Part shown: positions 61,722-64,000 of the stretch, in pieces
Numbering within the stretch: position 1 is the first letter of the stretch
Layout of the letters: each line of letters opens with the position of its first letter
Assembly: GCA_029856125.1 (NCBI GenBank)
Contig: JAHQWJ010000080.1
Span: 90,576-154,575, forward strand
Source of the DNA: Promethearchaeia archaeon
GTDB taxonomy: Archaea > Asgardarchaeota > Lokiarchaeia > Sigyniarchaeales > SOKP01
Length of the DNA stretch: 64,000 bases
Direction of reading: 5' to 3'
Notes under the pieces: model-generated
Databases searched by the model: none
What the model was told of the DNA's origin: nothing
The model's input: only the letters and a program-made list of their open reading frames with translations
Translations under genes and position numbers: made by a program

Positions 61722-62510
61722 ATGCCTACTAATAATGACCAAGATCACCATGTCCCTTTAGATCATCCCCGTTATGAAAGTTTAAAATATAGACACAAGA
61801 TAATTGAGGGGATGAGAACTTTAGTTGTTGCTGAAGCGGGTTTAATCGCCCATGGTAGAGGAGAATGTTTTGATTACATGCTAGGGGAAAAAACCAACGA
61901 GACAGCAAAAGAAGCTATAAAAGCTGCGGTTGCTTTACTTCTTACAGCAACACATGCCATTATTAGCGTAAATGGGAACACTGCAGCTTTATGTCCAAAT
62001 GAATTGGTAGAACTATCAGAGATTATAGATGCACCACTTGAAATTAACTTGTTTTATAGAAAAAAAGGAAGAATTGAAGCAATTAAGAACGTATTACAGG
62101 GTGCGGGAGCGAAAAATATCTTGGGGCTCGACGAACAAAATATGGTCGAAATAGAAGAATTATCTAGCAATAGAAGAAATGTCGATCCTAACGGTATAAA
62201 AATCGCTGATGTCGTATTCGTCCCCCTAGAAGACGGAGATAGAACAGAAGCTTTAAAAAAATCTGGGAAAAAAGTAGTCGCAGTTGATTTAAATCCAATA
62301 AGTAGAACTTCCTTATGGGCAGACATTACAATCGTAGACAATATTATAAGGGTACTACCGGAAATGGTTAAGATTGCTAAGAAATTAAAAGGTGCCGGTG
62401 AAAAAGACTTAAAAAATATTATTGAAAGGTTTGATAATAAAAAAAATATTCAATTGACTTTAAACACAATAATTAAATATACTAAAAAACAAAAAAAAAC
62501 GCGTTTATAA
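61722..62510 (+). CDS. Phosphopantothenate synthetase (archaeal)
   Basis: 'HPRY.SL', 'GLIAHGRGE.FDY', 'SVNGN', 'PLEDGDR', 'DLNP.SRT'. Confidence 0.93.
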   Translation: MPTNNDQDHHVPLDHPRYESLKYRHKIIEGMRTLVVAEAGLIAHGRGECFDYMLGEKTNETAKEAIKAAVALLLTATHAIISVNGNTAALCPNELVELSEIIDAPLEINLFYRKKGRIEAIKNVLQGAGAKNILGLDEQNMVEIEELSSNRRNVDPNGIKIADVVFVPLEDGDRTEALKKSGKKVVAVDLNPISRTSLWADITIVDNIIRVLPEMVKIAKKLKGAGEKDLKNIIERFDNKKNIQLTLNTIIKYTKKQKKTRL

Positions 62511-62628
62511 AAATAAGAAACAGAATTTAAAGCCTTTAGTTAATTAAAAAAGCTTAAAAAGTTCTAAAATAATAGTTATTTAGCAATTATTAAATGTATA
62601 AAGAACAATATCTAGGGCTCATATAATT

Positions 62629-63153
62629 ATGGGTACAGACAAAGATACGCAGATCAATTCCTCCGGCAAATTAAGCGACACTAAACCTATTGTCGTAAGA
62701 AGATGTACTCTAGAGGATCTAGAAGGCGTTATCGAAGTAAACGAGCAAGAATTACCCGAAGACTACCCCTATTTTTTTTATAAAAGCATATTAGATAATT
62801 ATCCTGAGTCTTTCCTCGTAGCGTGTAACAGTAATAAAGAAATTATTGGATACATAATGTGGAGAGTTGAAAGAACCCCCTCGATTAATAGCCTGAAATT
62901 AAAAAATAATGGACATTTAGTCTCTATTGCAGTCCTAAAAACATATAGACAGTTAGGAATTGCTACGACGCTGTTATCTCACTCTATGAAAAAAATAAAA
63001 AAATACAAAATTGACAAGTATGTATTAGAAGTAAGGGTTAGCAACTTTGAAGCTACTAACCTATACAAGAAATTTAATTACCAAACTCACAGCATAAAAG
63101 AAAAGTACTATAGAGACGGCGAAAATGCCTATTACATGATCCTCAAAACGTAA
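62629..63153 (+). CDS. Ard1/RimI-type N-terminal acetyltransferase
   Basis: 'LPEDY', 'GHLVSIAV', 'LEVRVSN..A..LY', 'YYRDGENAY.M'. Confidence 0.9.
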   Translation: MGTDKDTQINSSGKLSDTKPIVVRRCTLEDLEGVIEVNEQELPEDYPYFFYKSILDNYPESFLVACNSNKEIIGYIMWRVERTPSINSLKLKNNGHLVSIAVLKTYRQLGIATTLLSHSMKKIKKYKIDKYVLEVRVSNFEATNLYKKFNYQTHSIKEKYYRDGENAYYMILKT

Positions 63154-63161
63154 ATCTCATT

Positions 63162-64000
63162 TTAAAAAGAACTTTCTAACCCTTTAATTAAGGCAGTTAA
63201 TAACTCATTCGTAACTACTTCTATTCCCAACTTTCTACCAAATTCTACAATTCGACCGTTAATAAAGTCAATCTCAGTAGGCTTTCCCCTCAAAATATCC
63301 TGCAACATTGAATTTTTGTTGTTATACGTTTTCTTAGCTACAGAATACATTAACTCAACATAATCTCTATTCGATAAATCTATTTGCTTCCCGTGCGCTA
63401 CTTCTAAAGCCTCCTTAACCGCTTTTCCCATCATTTTTCTTAAAGATTTTTTTTCTAATAACTGACCATTTTTTAATCCAGTAAGAGCACCTATAGCATT
63501 AATACCAATATTTACAAAAACTTTTTCCCAAGAACATTTAATAATATCTTCAACAATCTCTGTCTGTAAACCCACAGTGCTCAATAGATCTTTTAAAAAC
63601 CTTAAGCTCGCCTCTGCTCTACCATATTCTTTAACATTTTTAGTATCTGGTTTTAAATAAGCAAATCCAATTTTTGTAAAACCTACACCGGTGTGACGCA
63701 CATGCCCATAGCTCTCTAATAGAGCACCATGAGACGTAACTATTCTTAGAATCTTATCCTCATTGCAATATTCTTTTACTAACGCCTCGTTACCAATACC
63801 ATTTTGTAGAATTATAAACCAGTTACTTGATTCAATTAAATTCTTAAACTGAACCATCGATCTCTCGATATCATATGCCTTTGTCGTCAAAAAAAGGAAA
63901 TCAAAATTAGAAGAATCCCCTATTTCTAATGATCCCGTAAATTCACTCGCACTTTCGTAAACCTTAATATTTTTCAAAAACAAATCTTTATCGCCAGCAG
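63162..64000 (-). CDS. panE: Ketopantoate reductase (5' end beyond the window)
   Basis: 'TKAYD', 'LQNGIG', 'WEKVFVN..IN', 'SMLQD...G.PTEIDFING'. Confidence 0.9.
   Translation of the reverse strand, partial: AGDKDLFLKNIKVYESASEFTGSLEIGDSSNFDFLFLTTKAYDIERSMVQFKNLIESSNWFIILQNGIGNEALVKEYCNEDKILRIVTSHGALLESYGHVRHTGVGFTKIGFAYLKPDTKNVKEYGRAEASLRFLKDLLSTVGLQTEIVEDIIKCSWEKVFVNIGINAIGALTGLKNGQLLEKKSLRKMMGKAVKEALEVAHGKQIDLSNRDYVELMYSVAKKTYNNKNSMLQDILRGKPTEIDFINGRIVEFGRKLGIEVVTNELLTALIKGLESSF

Overview
AT-rich chromosomal window from an Asgard archaeon, most likely Lokiarchaeia. The assignment rests on an archaeal 16S rRNA, a Loki-type profilin, roadblock, MglA-like and Rab-like GTPases, a RING-like protein and an IPGF-TM-basic C-terminal sorting signal. 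Most of the window is housekeeping: Cdc6, two TFBs, thermosome, RPA subunits, FtsZ, aRF1, Get3, the archaeal CoA pathway, the aIF2beta-NMD3-RIO1-KH cluster, a stand-alone 16S-tRNA-Ala unit, and nine full tRNA genes, five with non-canonical BHB introns. Four features stand out. (1) An array of three 9-10-codon micro-ORFs (MPGQAGGIP twice, MPGESDSIPK once) sits directly downstream of a DUF885-type putative metallopeptidase. Each has its own Shine-Dalgarno and hairpin/T-tract terminator, and the conserved residues differ only synonymously. (2) A tandem cassette array is punctuated by three full tRNA-Leu(TAG) genes and a 3' att-like fragment, and carries membrane and surface cargo genes. (3) Two conserved genes have no canonical start codon and appear to use ATT, including the start-fidelity factor aIF1/SUI1. 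(4) A tandem-roadblock, DENN-like and MglA-GTPase operon faces a second GTPase that lacks the arginine finger. All family assignments come from motif recognition by eye; no database searches were run.
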